DNA from: Syntrophomonadaceae bacterium
GTDB taxonomy: Bacteria > Bacillota > Dethiobacteria > DTU022 > UBA8154
Reading direction: 5' to 3'
Assembly (NCBI GenBank): GCA_007135125.1
Contig: SLJK01000057.1
Coordinates: 3,612 to 67,611 of the forward strand
Length of the DNA stretch: 64,000 bases
This document shows, piece by piece, positions 27,153 to 37,083 of the stretch. Position 1 is the first letter of the stretch, and the number at the start of each line of letters is the position of its first letter. The notes below the pieces were generated by a model. It was not told where the DNA came from. It made no database searches and saw nothing but the letters and a program-made list of their open reading frames with translations. The position numbers were made by a program, and so were the translations under genes.

Positions 27153-29252
27153 TTGGAGGTTGTCCTTGCCGAAAGTGCAGGTTTTTGTAAAGGGGTAGAG
27201 GATGCTATAAAAATAGCTTTGGAAAACGCATCCCTGGGGAAAACAGTTAGCACTCTTGGCCCTCTTGTTCACAACGAAGAGGTAATTGCGTATTTAGGCC
27301 GAAACAAGGTCAAATTCTACGATAATTTGGCTGATATACCGGAAGGAACGATCATTATCCGTACTCATGGAGTGGGTCCTGCTGTGCTTTCTGAATTGTA
27401 TAAAAGAGAAGACCTGGAAGTAATTGATGCTACCTGCCCACATGTAAAAAAAGTGCAGGAACTTGTCAGGAATTACGCGGATAGTGGTTATCAAGTCGTT
27501 ATTTATGGTGATATTAAGCATCCAGAGGTTAAAGCACTTATGGAATGGGCAGGTCCGCAAACGTTAGTAATATCACCAGGTGAAGTCGAACATGGTCATC
27601 TGGAACTCTCAGAAAAAGCTGTATTAATATCACAAACCACACAACAGGAGAATAGTTATGCTTCTTTGGCAAAGATATTAGAGGCAGAATATCCTCATCT
27701 AGTAGTACATAGCACCATTTGCAAAGCAGCAGCAAAAAGACAACTTGCTGCCTCAAAATTGGCAAATACGGTAGACTTGATGTTGGTAGTAGGTGACAAG
27801 AAAAGCTCAAACACCCACAAACTCACGCAAGTCTGTCGTGAAATAACACAAACCTATCAGGTTGCCGGAGCCCATGATATTGCTAGAGAGTGGCTGGTAG
27901 GTGCAAAGACTGTAGGGGTCACTGCCGGGGCTTCAACCCCTCATTGGAAGATAAAGGAGGTTATGGTTATGATGGAAAATGGAAGCTTTGAAGAAAAGGC
28001 AGCAGAGGAATTTTCTCCATCCCAGGAGGAACATAATCAGGAAGAAGTAAGCCAGGAAGAACTTGGCCAGGAAGAAATTAAAGAATATATGCCTGGTGAT
28101 GTAGTTACGGGAAAAGTTGTTCTGGTGGATGAAGAACAGGTTCTCGTTGACATTGGAGCCAAGTCTGAGGCTGTTCTCCCTAGAAAGGAAGTCTATTTAG
28201 AAGGTGATAACACACTGGATGAAATTTTTTCAAGGGGAGATAGTGTGGACGTGTTAGTTTTAAAAGCTAACGACCAGGAAGATAGAACAGTAGTATCACA
28301 GAAACGCTTGGAAAGGGAGCGTCGCTGGAAAGAACTGGAGGATGCCCTGGAAGACACTTCTAATTTAAGCGGAAACGTAAAAGAAGTTGTTCCTGCCGGC
28401 ATTATTATCGATCTTAAGAGTGGTATTGAAGGGTTCATGCCTGGCTCCCTGGTTGATCTTCGCTACATTCCTGATTTTCAAGAATTTTTAGGACAAGAAT
28501 TTTCCTTTAAAGTAGTGGAATTAAACAGAGAGCGCGATAAAGTAATATTGTCCAGAAAGCAAGCTCTGGAAGAAGAACAGGAACAACATAAACAGGAAAC
28601 CATTAACAACCTCACCGAAGGACAGATCATCTCCGGGGTTATAAAAAGGTTAACCGATTTTGGAGCCTTTGTAGATGTAGGTGGTATAGATGGTCTCGTG
28701 CATATCTCGGAGGTTTCCTGGCAGAGAGTAGGACACCCCCGTGAAATCTTAAAAGTTGGGGAAGAAGTTCAAGTTAAGGTTTTAGAAATAATACCGGAGA
28801 GGGAAAGAATAAGCCTCAGCATCAGGCAAGCACAGCCTGACCCCTGGAGCCAAATAGAAGAAAGATTGCAAGTAGGAGCAGTTGTAGAAGGCAAAGTGAC
28901 CCGAATTGTCAATTTTGGTGCTTTCGTGGAAATCATCCCGGGAGTTGAAGGGTTGGTTCATATTTCGCAGATGGCTGACTTTCATGTAAAACATCCTTCC
29001 GAAGTTCTCCAGGAAGGGGAAGAAGTTGAGGTTAAGATACTGGATATCAACAAAGAGGGTAAAAGAATAAGCCTCAGCATAAAAGAGGCACGTCCGGCAC
29101 CAAAAGATTATTCAGCATCCGCACAACAAAAAGATCAGGAAACTCAAAACGTAACCCTGGGCGATATCTTTGGCGACCTATTTCCTAACAACGTGAAAAA
29201 CGAACTACAAGATGCGGAAGATGAAGAAGATGATAATGGAAAAAACGAATAA
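27153..29252 (+). CDS. ispH: 4-hydroxy-3-methylbut-2-enyl diphosphate reductase fused to 30S ribosomal protein S1-like domains
   Basis: N-terminal ~280 aa LytB/IspH with three conserved Cys regions (GFCKGV, ATCPHV, TICKAA). C-terminal four S1 repeats and acidic tail. Follows cmk-plsC as in Clostridia. Confidence 0.85.
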   Translation: MEVVLAESAGFCKGVEDAIKIALENASLGKTVSTLGPLVHNEEVIAYLGRNKVKFYDNLADIPEGTIIIRTHGVGPAVLSELYKREDLEVIDATCPHVKKVQELVRNYADSGYQVVIYGDIKHPEVKALMEWAGPQTLVISPGEVEHGHLELSEKAVLISQTTQQENSYASLAKILEAEYPHLVVHSTICKAAAKRQLAASKLANTVDLMLVVGDKKSSNTHKLTQVCREITQTYQVAGAHDIAREWLVGAKTVGVTAGASTPHWKIKEVMVMMENGSFEEKAAEEFSPSQEEHNQEEVSQEELGQEEIKEYMPGDVVTGKVVLVDEEQVLVDIGAKSEAVLPRKEVYLEGDNTLDEIFSRGDSVDVLVLKANDQEDRTVVSQKRLERERRWKELEDALEDTSNLSGNVKEVVPAGIIIDLKSGIEGFMPGSLVDLRYIPDFQEFLGQEFSFKVVELNRERDKVILSRKQALEEEQEQHKQETINNLTEGQIISGVIKRLTDFGAFVDVGGIDGLVHISEVSWQRVGHPREILKVGEEVQVKVLEIIPERERISLSIRQAQPDPWSQIEERLQVGAVVEGKVTRIVNFGAFVEIIPGVEGLVHISQMADFHVKHPSEVLQEGEEVEVKILDINKEGKRISLSIKEARPAPKDYSASAQQKDQETQNVTLGDIFGDLFPNNVKNELQDAEDEEDDNGKNE

Positions 29253-29325
29253 TTTTAAAAATGCTACATGCTGTTCTTTCTGCTTTTTTAATTACTAAAA
29301 CCAGCATATTGTTCGGCAGATATAA

Positions 29326-29359
29326 AGGCCTGTTTCTTTTTCTAAGGAAACAGGCCTTA
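29326..29359. terminator. 12-bp perfect hairpin after ispH-rpsA (putative terminator)
   Basis: AAGGCCTGTTTC / GAAACAGGCCTT. The T-rich loop sits in place of a 3' U-tract. Confidence 0.45.
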
Positions 29360-29413
29360 CCTAATTAATTATCATTCTCGTTTAGGGAGACAAGCAGGTT
29401 ATAAAAGGAATCC

Positions 29414-29442
29414 TTGACACTTCAGCTAGTACATAGGATAAT
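29414..29442 (+). promoter_or_regulatory. Sigma-A-like promoter for the PDZ/DUF512-der-plsY-gpsA operon
   Basis: TTGACA, 17 nt, GATAAT. Confidence 0.5.
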
Positions 29443-29486
29443 GAGTTAGATCTTTTCAAGATTAGCCCCTTAAGAAAGTAAACATA

Positions 29487-30833
29487 TTGGTGGGTTTCGG
29501 AGAGTCACTTATGAATAGAGGATTTAAAGTAAAGAGCTTGGCGGAAGGTACACCTGCCCATAAAGCAGGTATAAAACAGGGAGACCGTATTCTGAAAATT
29601 AACGGGACTTCTTTTTTTGATGTTTTGGATTATAGTTACCTTTCTGCAGATGAAAAAGTAGAGTTGCAGTTTTACCGCAATGGCAATTTGCTACAAGTAA
29701 AAGTGGTAAAAGATATGGATGAAGACCTGGGAATAGAATTTTTCTCCCCGACCGTTAGTCCTCTTTATTTCTGTCGAAACAAATGCATCTTTTGCTTTAT
29801 AGACCAACAACCCGGTGGTATGCGTCTATCTCTGTATGAAAAAGATGATGATTATCGCCTTTCCTTTATTGATGGTAATTATGTTACCCTTACCAATGTA
29901 CAGGAAGCTGACCTTAAAAGAATAATCAGCATGAATATTTCACCCCTTTATATATCCATTCATGCCACGGATGGGGCAGTACGTAAAAAAATGATGGGGA
30001 ATGTGGCTGCCGGCAGAATAATGGAGCAACTGGCACAGCTGTCCGAAGCAGGTATTGAAATGCACGGCCAAGTTGTTGTATGTCCTGGCATAAATGATGG
30101 AGATGTTTTACAAAAAACAGTTTGGGAACTGGCTTCTTTGTATCCTCAACTAAAAACAATTGCCTTAGTTCCCGTAGGACTCACCAGGTACAGGGGAAAT
30201 TTAAAACCTCTAAAAAAAGTAACACAAAACAAAGCTCAGCAAATTGTTAAAGAGTATTCATCCCTGCAAAATGTATTTCAACAAGAAATAGGCTCGCCTT
30301 TTGTATACCTGGCAGATGACTTTTATCTTCTCTCCGGGGCATCCCTGCCTTCTCATGAACATTATGGGGATTATCACCAACTGGAAAATGGAGTGGGGCT
30401 GTGCCGATTGTTTTTAAACGAACTGCTTGACTGGAAGAGAAAAACTTCATTTGAGATAAAAAACAAAACACACATATCTATCGCTACAGGTCAGGCAGCA
30501 GCCCCTTTTCTTCAACTCTTTATAAGAGAACTTGAGAAGATCAAGAATTTGGAAACCGATCTACATATAATTGAAAACAGGTTCTGGGGTGGAAACGTAG
30601 ACGTAGCAGGTTTGTTAACTGGAAGAGACCTTTTTCATTCTTTATACCAAAAGAACCTGGGGGATTACCTTTTTATTTCTTCGGCCATGCTTAAGGCCGG
30701 GACAGATCTCTTTTTGGATGGAGTTAACTTGAAAGCTCTTTCGGTCCGCCTCCAAACACCTGTTGTCCCGGTCAATGCCCTAGGTGAAATAAGAAAATTT
30801 ATAGTTGGCCACACCAAAAATAAAGCGAGGTGA
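29487..30833 (+). CDS. PDZ domain plus DUF512 radical-SAM-like protein
   Basis: N-terminal PDZ (GIKQGDRILKING) followed by CRNKCIFC (Cx3Cx2C). Conserved position upstream of der in Clostridia. Confidence 0.65.
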   Translation: MVGFGESLMNRGFKVKSLAEGTPAHKAGIKQGDRILKINGTSFFDVLDYSYLSADEKVELQFYRNGNLLQVKVVKDMDEDLGIEFFSPTVSPLYFCRNKCIFCFIDQQPGGMRLSLYEKDDDYRLSFIDGNYVTLTNVQEADLKRIISMNISPLYISIHATDGAVRKKMMGNVAAGRIMEQLAQLSEAGIEMHGQVVVCPGINDGDVLQKTVWELASLYPQLKTIALVPVGLTRYRGNLKPLKKVTQNKAQQIVKEYSSLQNVFQQEIGSPFVYLADDFYLLSGASLPSHEHYGDYHQLENGVGLCRLFLNELLDWKRKTSFEIKNKTHISIATGQAAAPFLQLFIRELEKIKNLETDLHIIENRFWGGNVDVAGLLTGRDLFHSLYQKNLGDYLFISSAMLKAGTDLFLDGVNLKALSVRLQTPVVPVNALGEIRKFIVGHTKNKAR

Positions 30834-30837
30834 CTTT

Positions 30838-32169
30838 TTGAATACTCCGCTGGTGGCCCTTGTAGGGCGCCCCAATGTAGGAAAATCCACCCTTTTTAAC
30901 CGGCTTGTGGGAGCAAGGCAGGCCATAGAGGGAAAAACTCCCGGTGTAACCAGGGACAGGATCTTTGGTCGTGCCGAATGGCTTAACAGGGAATTTAGCG
31001 TTGTGGATACGGGCGGACTTACCTTTACAAATGATGAACCGTTGGAGAGCCAGGTTCAACAACAAACACACCTGGCCATAGCAGAAGCAACAGTGATCGT
31101 TTTTCTTCTGGACGGGCGTCAGGGAATTACACCTTTAGACGAAGAAATTGCCAATGAGCTGCGCCGCCAGGAAAAACCTGTCGTTTTGGTGGCCAATAAA
31201 GTAGAATCTCAGGAAATTAGCATAGCCGACTTTTTCAAATTGGGCCTTGGGGAACCTTTACCTGTTTCCGCAGCTCATGGCTTAAATACAGGCGATCTTT
31301 TGGATGTAATTGTTTCTTTTTTCCCTGCCACAAATTCAACGGAACAAATACCAGAGGATATTATTCGGATTGCTGTAGTAGGACGGCCCAACGTAGGCAA
31401 ATCTTCCTTTGTCAATACTATGCTGGGTGAAGAACGAGTAATCGTAAATAGTTCACCGGGCACCACCAGGGATTCCATTGATTTAATGTTAGAGATAAAC
31501 AATCAAAGATACATACTTGTTGATACGGCAGGTTTGCGGCGTAAAAGCAAAATAAAGGAGAGCATTGAGTACTATAGTTCAGTCCGTTCCTTAAAGGCGA
31601 TTGAAAATGCTGATATTGTGCTTCTTTTACTGGAGGCACAAGAAAAAGTGACAGAACAAGATAAGCGTATTGCGGGTTATATATTGGAAAGCGGAAAAGC
31701 TATGGTAATTGCTTTAAATAAATGGGACCTTATCAAAAAAGAGAGAAGGATTGATGGAGGAAAGAATATCAAAGAAGAGACAAAAGAAGCATTGAAATTT
31801 GTATCCTTTGCACCTCTCGTAACCACCTCTATATACGAACCCAAACATTTTAACAAATTATTTAATATATTTCAGGATGTATTTGCAAGTTACACCATGC
31901 GCATCTCTACTCCCATTTTAAATGAACTGCTTGCAGATGCACAGGCTATTAACCCCTTATCTTCATATAAAGGGCGAAGAGGAAAGATTTATTATTGCAC
32001 TCAACCACATATTAAGCCTCCTACCTTTGTTATTTTTGTTAATGACGCTTCTTTAATCCATTTTTCATACCTGCGTTATCTGGAAAACAGGTTCCGGGAG
32101 GCTTTCGGCTTTCAGGGCACACCCATCAGATTCTTGGTCAGGACAAGAAAACGAAAAGGAGAGGATTAG
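30838..32169 (+). CDS. der: Ribosome-biogenesis GTPase Der (EngA), tandem GTP-binding domains
   Basis: Two G-domains with GRPNVGKS P-loops, DTAG/DTGG motifs and a KH-like C-terminus. Probable TTG start at 30838. Confidence 0.9.
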   Translation: MNTPLVALVGRPNVGKSTLFNRLVGARQAIEGKTPGVTRDRIFGRAEWLNREFSVVDTGGLTFTNDEPLESQVQQQTHLAIAEATVIVFLLDGRQGITPLDEEIANELRRQEKPVVLVANKVESQEISIADFFKLGLGEPLPVSAAHGLNTGDLLDVIVSFFPATNSTEQIPEDIIRIAVVGRPNVGKSSFVNTMLGEERVIVNSSPGTTRDSIDLMLEINNQRYILVDTAGLRRKSKIKESIEYYSSVRSLKAIENADIVLLLLEAQEKVTEQDKRIAGYILESGKAMVIALNKWDLIKKERRIDGGKNIKEETKEALKFVSFAPLVTTSIYEPKHFNKLFNIFQDVFASYTMRISTPILNELLADAQAINPLSSYKGRRGKIYYCTQPHIKPPTFVIFVNDASLIHFSYLRYLENRFREAFGFQGTPIRFLVRTRKRKGED

Positions 32170-32170
32170 A

Positions 32171-32779
32171 TTGGCCTTTATGGCGGTGATTCTTTCTTAT
32201 TTAATTGGCTCTATATCTTTTGGATATCTTTTTGCCAGATTGTTCAGCAGCGTGGATATTCGGAGTTTAGGAAGCGGCAGCACCGGGGCCACCAATATAT
32301 CAAGGCTGTTGGGTCTGAAGATGGGGCTCGTTGTTCTTGTTTTGGATGTTTTAAAGGGCTTCATTGCTGTTTTTCTGGGAAATCTCGTGCTGCCTGGAAC
32401 CGCCTTTCCCTTACTATGCGGTTTAGTCGCCATTATAGGTCACAACTGGCCCGTATTTTTTGGGTTCAAAGGTGGACGAGGGGTTGCAACGACTCTGGGT
32501 GTTTTTCTCGGTTTTTCGCCCCTGCCGGCTCTTATAGTCCTGCTATTATTCTGCGTGATAGTAGCCATAACCCGTTATGTATCCCTGGGCTCACTTACCG
32601 GGAGCATTTGTATTCCGGTTTATATGCAGATAACGGCTTATCCCCCGGAGTATTTTCTTTTGGGCCTGGCTATATGTTTACTGATAATTATCAGGCATGC
32701 ACCAAATATAAAAAAATTGATCAACGGAACCGAATCTAAATTTGGAGAAAAAATTGACAGTACCCTGACGAAAAGGTAG
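32171..32779 (+). CDS. plsY: Glycerol-3-phosphate acyltransferase PlsY
   Basis: 202-aa polytopic membrane protein with the GSGxxGATN motif (GSGSTGATN). Confidence 0.85.
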   Translation: MAFMAVILSYLIGSISFGYLFARLFSSVDIRSLGSGSTGATNISRLLGLKMGLVVLVLDVLKGFIAVFLGNLVLPGTAFPLLCGLVAIIGHNWPVFFGFKGGRGVATTLGVFLGFSPLPALIVLLLFCVIVAITRYVSLGSLTGSICIPVYMQITAYPPEYFLLGLAICLLIIIRHAPNIKKLINGTESKFGEKIDSTLTKR

Positions 32780-32790
32780 GTGCTAATTTC

Positions 32791-33804
32791 ATGAAAATCG
32801 GTATAATTGGTGCCGGAAGCTGGGGAACGGCACTGGCAATTCTGCTTGGGAATAAAGGATTTAAAGTGGACCTCTGGGTCAGGAGAGCGTATTTGGCCGA
32901 AAAAATTGCTTCCACAGGCGAAAACCAGGAATACCTTTCGGGTTTTGCTTTGCCCAAAACAGTTCTTCCTACAGCAGACCCGGAAAAGGCAGTACGGGGA
33001 AAAGAGTTAGTAATACTGGCTGTTCCTTCTCATGCCGTAGGTGAAACAACGGCCAAAATAAAAGATTTTCTAGATAATAATTGTATTATTGTCAACACCG
33101 CCAAAGGAATAGCAGAAAAAGAACTGAAACGTCTTTCGCAGGTAATCGAATACGAACTATCCCCCGAAGTCAAAGCCAGAATCGCCGTTATATCCGGGCC
33201 CAATCACGCTGAAGAAGTAGTAAGAGGGATTCCCACAGCTACAGTAGTTTCCTCAAGGGACCAGCAAACAGCTGAAAAAGTGCAGGATATATTTATGGGC
33301 GCTAATTTTAGAGTATATACAAATACAGATTTAACAGGTGTTGAACTTGGGGGAGCTTTTAAAAATATTATTGCTATTGGAGCAGGTATATGTGAGGGGA
33401 TAGGGTTTGGTGACAATACCAAAGCAGCCCTCCTCACCCGGGGGCTGGTCGAGATTACCAGGATAGGTGTGGCCATGGGGGCAAGAAGCAATACATTCAG
33501 TGGTTTAACCGGGGTCGGCGATCTTTTTGTCACCTGCACAAGTACCCACAGCAGAAATCGCTACGTCGGATTAATGTTAGGAAAAGGTAACACCGTAACG
33601 GATATTACTTCATCGATGAAAATGGTGGCCGAGGGCATCAAAACAGCGAAGGCTGCCAAAGAATTGTCCCGGATCTACGAAGTAGAAATGCCCATATCCA
33701 ATGAAGTTTATGATATACTTTTCCAGGGCAAAACACCGCTTGAAGGAGTAAAAAGTTTGATGAGAAGAGATAAAACCTTTGAAATGGAGGATGTGGACTT
33801 TTAG
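32791..33804 (+). CDS. gpsA: NAD(P)H-dependent glycerol-3-phosphate dehydrogenase
   Basis: N-terminal Rossmann motif IGAGSWGTA. Synteny der-plsY-gpsA. Confidence 0.9.
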   Translation: MKIGIIGAGSWGTALAILLGNKGFKVDLWVRRAYLAEKIASTGENQEYLSGFALPKTVLPTADPEKAVRGKELVILAVPSHAVGETTAKIKDFLDNNCIIVNTAKGIAEKELKRLSQVIEYELSPEVKARIAVISGPNHAEEVVRGIPTATVVSSRDQQTAEKVQDIFMGANFRVYTNTDLTGVELGGAFKNIIAIGAGICEGIGFGDNTKAALLTRGLVEITRIGVAMGARSNTFSGLTGVGDLFVTCTSTHSRNRYVGLMLGKGNTVTDITSSMKMVAEGIKTAKAAKELSRIYEVEMPISNEVYDILFQGKTPLEGVKSLMRRDKTFEMEDVDF

Positions 33805-33843
33805 GGAAAAGGCGGTTTATGTAAGTTCACGGCAGATGAGAAA

Positions 33844-33874
33844 ACTGTATGGTAATAACTATACAGTTTTTTTA
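33844..33874 (+). terminator. Rho-independent terminator after gpsA
   Basis: ACTGTAT / ATACAGT stem followed by TTTTTTT. Confidence 0.7.
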
Positions 33875-34079
33875 TAAAGTAAATTTTAGAATTGTTAAGG
33901 TATTTAATAATTGCCTGTCAGCCGTAATAGAGCCAAAAAAAGGCGTCGGGTTGACAAATGTTAATAAATATATTAAGATAAGCTGTGAATATTAATATAT
34001 TTTAACAAAAAGCCAGGAAAATAATAGTTTAAGCGAAAAGACTATCCCGGGGCTTTTAAACAAATGAGGAGGAAGGAAA

Positions 34080-34976
34080 TTGCAGAAAGTAATTGTTTTT
34101 CTTTTAGTGCCGGCTCTACTGCTGGTATTTTCCTTTACAGTGATTTTTGCCGCAGAATCACCTGTCACTGAGGGGGAGAAAATAGTTTCAAACCAAAATT
34201 TTGTGTCTGATTATGAAGCACATCTTGCGGAAGAGAGGTTGCTGCAAAATGCTGCTTTTCAAGAGGCGAGAAGCGTGGAGCAAACCTTAGAATTTGATCC
34301 TCCGCCCCTGCTTCTGGACGGCGAAACCATGATCCCTCTAAAAACATTTTGTGAATACCTGGATATGGAGGTTTCTTGGAGCGAACAAACCAGAACAGTT
34401 ACGGTCAAAGATGGAACCTTTATACTCCGTTTCCCTGCAGAAAATGGCTCGGTTTACGTTAACGGGGCAGAGCTGGAAACAGACTATTCGTCAAAAATAA
34501 TTGAGGGCCATGCATATATTTCTCTGAATATGATCATGGGGATACTTGACCCCCTGCTCGAGTGGGAACAGGAAAGAAAAGAAATGTTCCTGCAACAGGT
34601 AGAAGAGCAGCTGGAAGAGTATGAAGTGCAAGAAGAGGCACACGAAAGCAATGTAAGTGATGATAGCAATAAAAGCGAGGTTGCCTATTCCACAAAGGGA
34701 GTAGCTTCCTGGTATGGAGGCAAATTTCATGGCAGGAACACTGCCAGCGGTGAAGTTTTTAACCAGAACGATTATACGGCAGCACACCGGGAACTGCCTT
34801 TTGGGACAAAGGTCAGGATTACTTTTTTAGGCACAGGGGAAAGCGTTAAAGTGCGCATAAATGACCGTGGACCGCATATCTCGGGAAGAATAATTGACCT
34901 CTCCAGGCGGGCAGCAGAGGATATAGGCCTTAAACCGCACGGCATTGGAACCGTAGAAATGCAAGTGCTCAAGTAA
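34080..34976 (+). CDS. Secreted protein with copper-amine-oxidase-N-like stalk domain and C-terminal RlpA-like double-psi beta-barrel
   Basis: Signal peptide. ASWYG...GEVF...TAAH...KVRI..RGP motifs typical of RlpA-like DPBB lytic transglycosylases. Confidence 0.65.
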   Translation: MQKVIVFLLVPALLLVFSFTVIFAAESPVTEGEKIVSNQNFVSDYEAHLAEERLLQNAAFQEARSVEQTLEFDPPPLLLDGETMIPLKTFCEYLDMEVSWSEQTRTVTVKDGTFILRFPAENGSVYVNGAELETDYSSKIIEGHAYISLNMIMGILDPLLEWEQERKEMFLQQVEEQLEEYEVQEEAHESNVSDDSNKSEVAYSTKGVASWYGGKFHGRNTASGEVFNQNDYTAAHRELPFGTKVRITFLGTGESVKVRINDRGPHISGRIIDLSRRAAEDIGLKPHGIGTVEMQVLK

Positions 34977-35006
34977 CGTATAGCAGCTACCCATTTTTCA
35001 TAAATA

Positions 35007-35041
35007 AAGCCCTGGGAACCTATTTCCCAGGGCTTTATTTA
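35007..35041 (+). terminator. Rho-independent terminator
   Basis: AAAGCCCTGGGA / TCCCAGGGCTTT hairpin followed by a T-run. Confidence 0.85.
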
Positions 35042-35228
35042 TGACTACTTTGAGCAGAAATCAAAGGTTTTCAGATGGCTTCAAAGAAAATATCTGTAGA
35101 GATTGAATATTTTTGCAATTATGCAGGATCTTAGGCTGCCATTATAGAAATATTTAATAATTAAAGATACTGCTTAGCTATTGCCTTTATAGTAAATTAT
35201 CAAATATAGAAAGGGTGATTGCAGATTC

Positions 35229-35972
35229 ATGGACCATTTTATCGTCCCTTTATTGAACTTATTTAGAGCAGCGGAAAGTGGAATTGTCCTTTCGGCCCAG
35301 GCTGAAGATCCGGGTGTTATTAGGGAAACAATCAATTACATTGCCCGGCGTATTGACTTAATCGGGGAGTTGATGCTTGAGCACCTCTGGTTGGTTATTA
35401 TAGCAATTGTCATAGCTGTTGTAGTATCAGTTGTAGTGGGCATAATTATCAGTTATTACGAGAGAAGTGCTCAGGCGGTGCTGTGGCTTTGCCAGATCTT
35501 GATGGTCATACCCAGTCTGGCTATGCTGGCATTTATGGTGCCTTTATTCGGGATTGGCTTTACGACCGGGGTGGTTGCCTTGATTCTTTACAGCCTGCTG
35601 CCGGTTGTTCGTAATACTTATACCGGCATCAGAGAGCTTAGCCCAGCAATTGTTGAGGCGGCTAAAGGTATGGGAATGACCGAATGGCGCATCTTGACCA
35701 AGATTAAAATACCACTGGCCACGCCCGTGATTATGGCCGGCATACGAACTGCAACTGTAATGGTTGTTGGTATTGCTGCGATTGCCGCCTACGTTGGTGC
35801 AGGTGGCTTGGGAGAGCTTATTTTCCAGGGTATTTCGAGAAGTAACGAACCGATGATTATTGTTGGTGCAATCGGCGTTTCCATTATCGCGCTTGCCTTC
35901 GACTTTCTTTTACATTGGGGCGAAAAACACTTTGCCGCAAAAGGCAAGCCAGGGGAGGTAACGGAAGAATGA
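35229..35972 (+). CDS. Osmoprotectant (glycine betaine/choline/carnitine, OpuC-type) ABC transporter permease
   Basis: ABC TM type-1 permease with an EAA-like loop. Operon with a CBS-ATPase, a second permease and an SBP. Confidence 0.8.
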   Translation: MDHFIVPLLNLFRAAESGIVLSAQAEDPGVIRETINYIARRIDLIGELMLEHLWLVIIAIVIAVVVSVVVGIIISYYERSAQAVLWLCQILMVIPSLAMLAFMVPLFGIGFTTGVVALILYSLLPVVRNTYTGIRELSPAIVEAAKGMGMTEWRILTKIKIPLATPVIMAGIRTATVMVVGIAAIAAYVGAGGLGELIFQGISRSNEPMIIVGAIGVSIIALAFDFLLHWGEKHFAAKGKPGEVTEE

Positions 35973-37081
35973 TTAAACTGGAAGGAATATCAAAAATATT
36001 TCCGGGACAAAAACATCACGCCGTAAAAAATTTAAATCTTGAGATAAACAAGGGAGATGTTTGTGTCTTGGTAGGCCCTTCTGGATGTGGCAAGACTACA
36101 ACCATGAAAATGATCAACCGTCTTTATGAACCCACCGAGGGGAAAATCTTTATCGGAGGTGAGGATGCGCTTAATAAGGATCTAATTAAGCTGCGCCTCG
36201 ATATCGGCTACGTTATCCAGGAAATTGGGCTATTTCCGCACATGACTATTGAACAAAATATAGCCACTGTTCCTAATGAAAAACACTGGCCTAAAGAAAA
36301 AACAAAAGAGAAGGTAGAAGAAGTGATGAACCTGGTCGGCCTTGATCCGAAAATTTTTAAGGATCGTTATCCTGCGGCTTTGAGTGGGGGGCAGCGGCAG
36401 CGGGTCGGAGTGGCCCGGGCAATGGTTGCTGATCCGCCGATTATGTTGATGGACGAACCATTCGGAGCGGTTGATCCGATTACTCGCGCCCGCTTGCAAA
36501 ATGAGTTTTTACGAATTCAGGAAGGCATGGAGAAAACGATTGTTTTTGTTACCCACGATATTGACGAAGCGATAAAGATGAGCGAAACAATTGTAGTAAT
36601 GAGGGAAGGTGAAATCGTTCAACATGCCACTCCAAGCGACCTTTTAAGTGCCCCTGCCGATGAGTTCGTCTCCAACCTGGTCGGCCGCAACCGTTCAATC
36701 AAACGTTTGCACCTGATCCGGATCCACGAGATTTTAGAAGAGCTGGGAAGGGTGAAACCGATTCCCGAGGATACGAAAACAGATGAAATCAAAAAGCGTT
36801 TAGATGAGAGTGCTACAAGGACAGTTATGGTTGTTGATAGCGATAATAAGTTGAAAGGGGTCATCGGGGTAAACGATCTGAAGCAAAAAACCGGTGAAGT
36901 GGCTGCCGATTATTACCAAGATGTCATGGAGACAATAACCAACGATGCTACTTTAAACGATGCTCTCTCGGTCATGCTTGAATGCGGAGAGGGTTATGTT
37001 GCTGTCGTTAATGAAAACAACCAGTACGAGGGAACAATAACCCTGGGCGACCTGCTCAACGTGGTTAAGGAGGATAGCTAA
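35969..37081 (+). CDS. Osmoprotectant ABC transporter ATP-binding protein with C-terminal CBS domains
   Basis: Walker A GPSGCGKTT, LSGGQRQRV signature, C-terminal CBS pair. ATG 35969 after GGGGAGG. Confidence 0.85.
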   Translation: MIKLEGISKIFPGQKHHAVKNLNLEINKGDVCVLVGPSGCGKTTTMKMINRLYEPTEGKIFIGGEDALNKDLIKLRLDIGYVIQEIGLFPHMTIEQNIATVPNEKHWPKEKTKEKVEEVMNLVGLDPKIFKDRYPAALSGGQRQRVGVARAMVADPPIMLMDEPFGAVDPITRARLQNEFLRIQEGMEKTIVFVTHDIDEAIKMSETIVVMREGEIVQHATPSDLLSAPADEFVSNLVGRNRSIKRLHLIRIHEILEELGRVKPIPEDTKTDEIKKRLDESATRTVMVVDSDNKLKGVIGVNDLKQKTGEVAADYYQDVMETITNDATLNDALSVMLECGEGYVAVVNENNQYEGTITLGDLLNVVKEDS

Positions 37082-37083
37082 CA

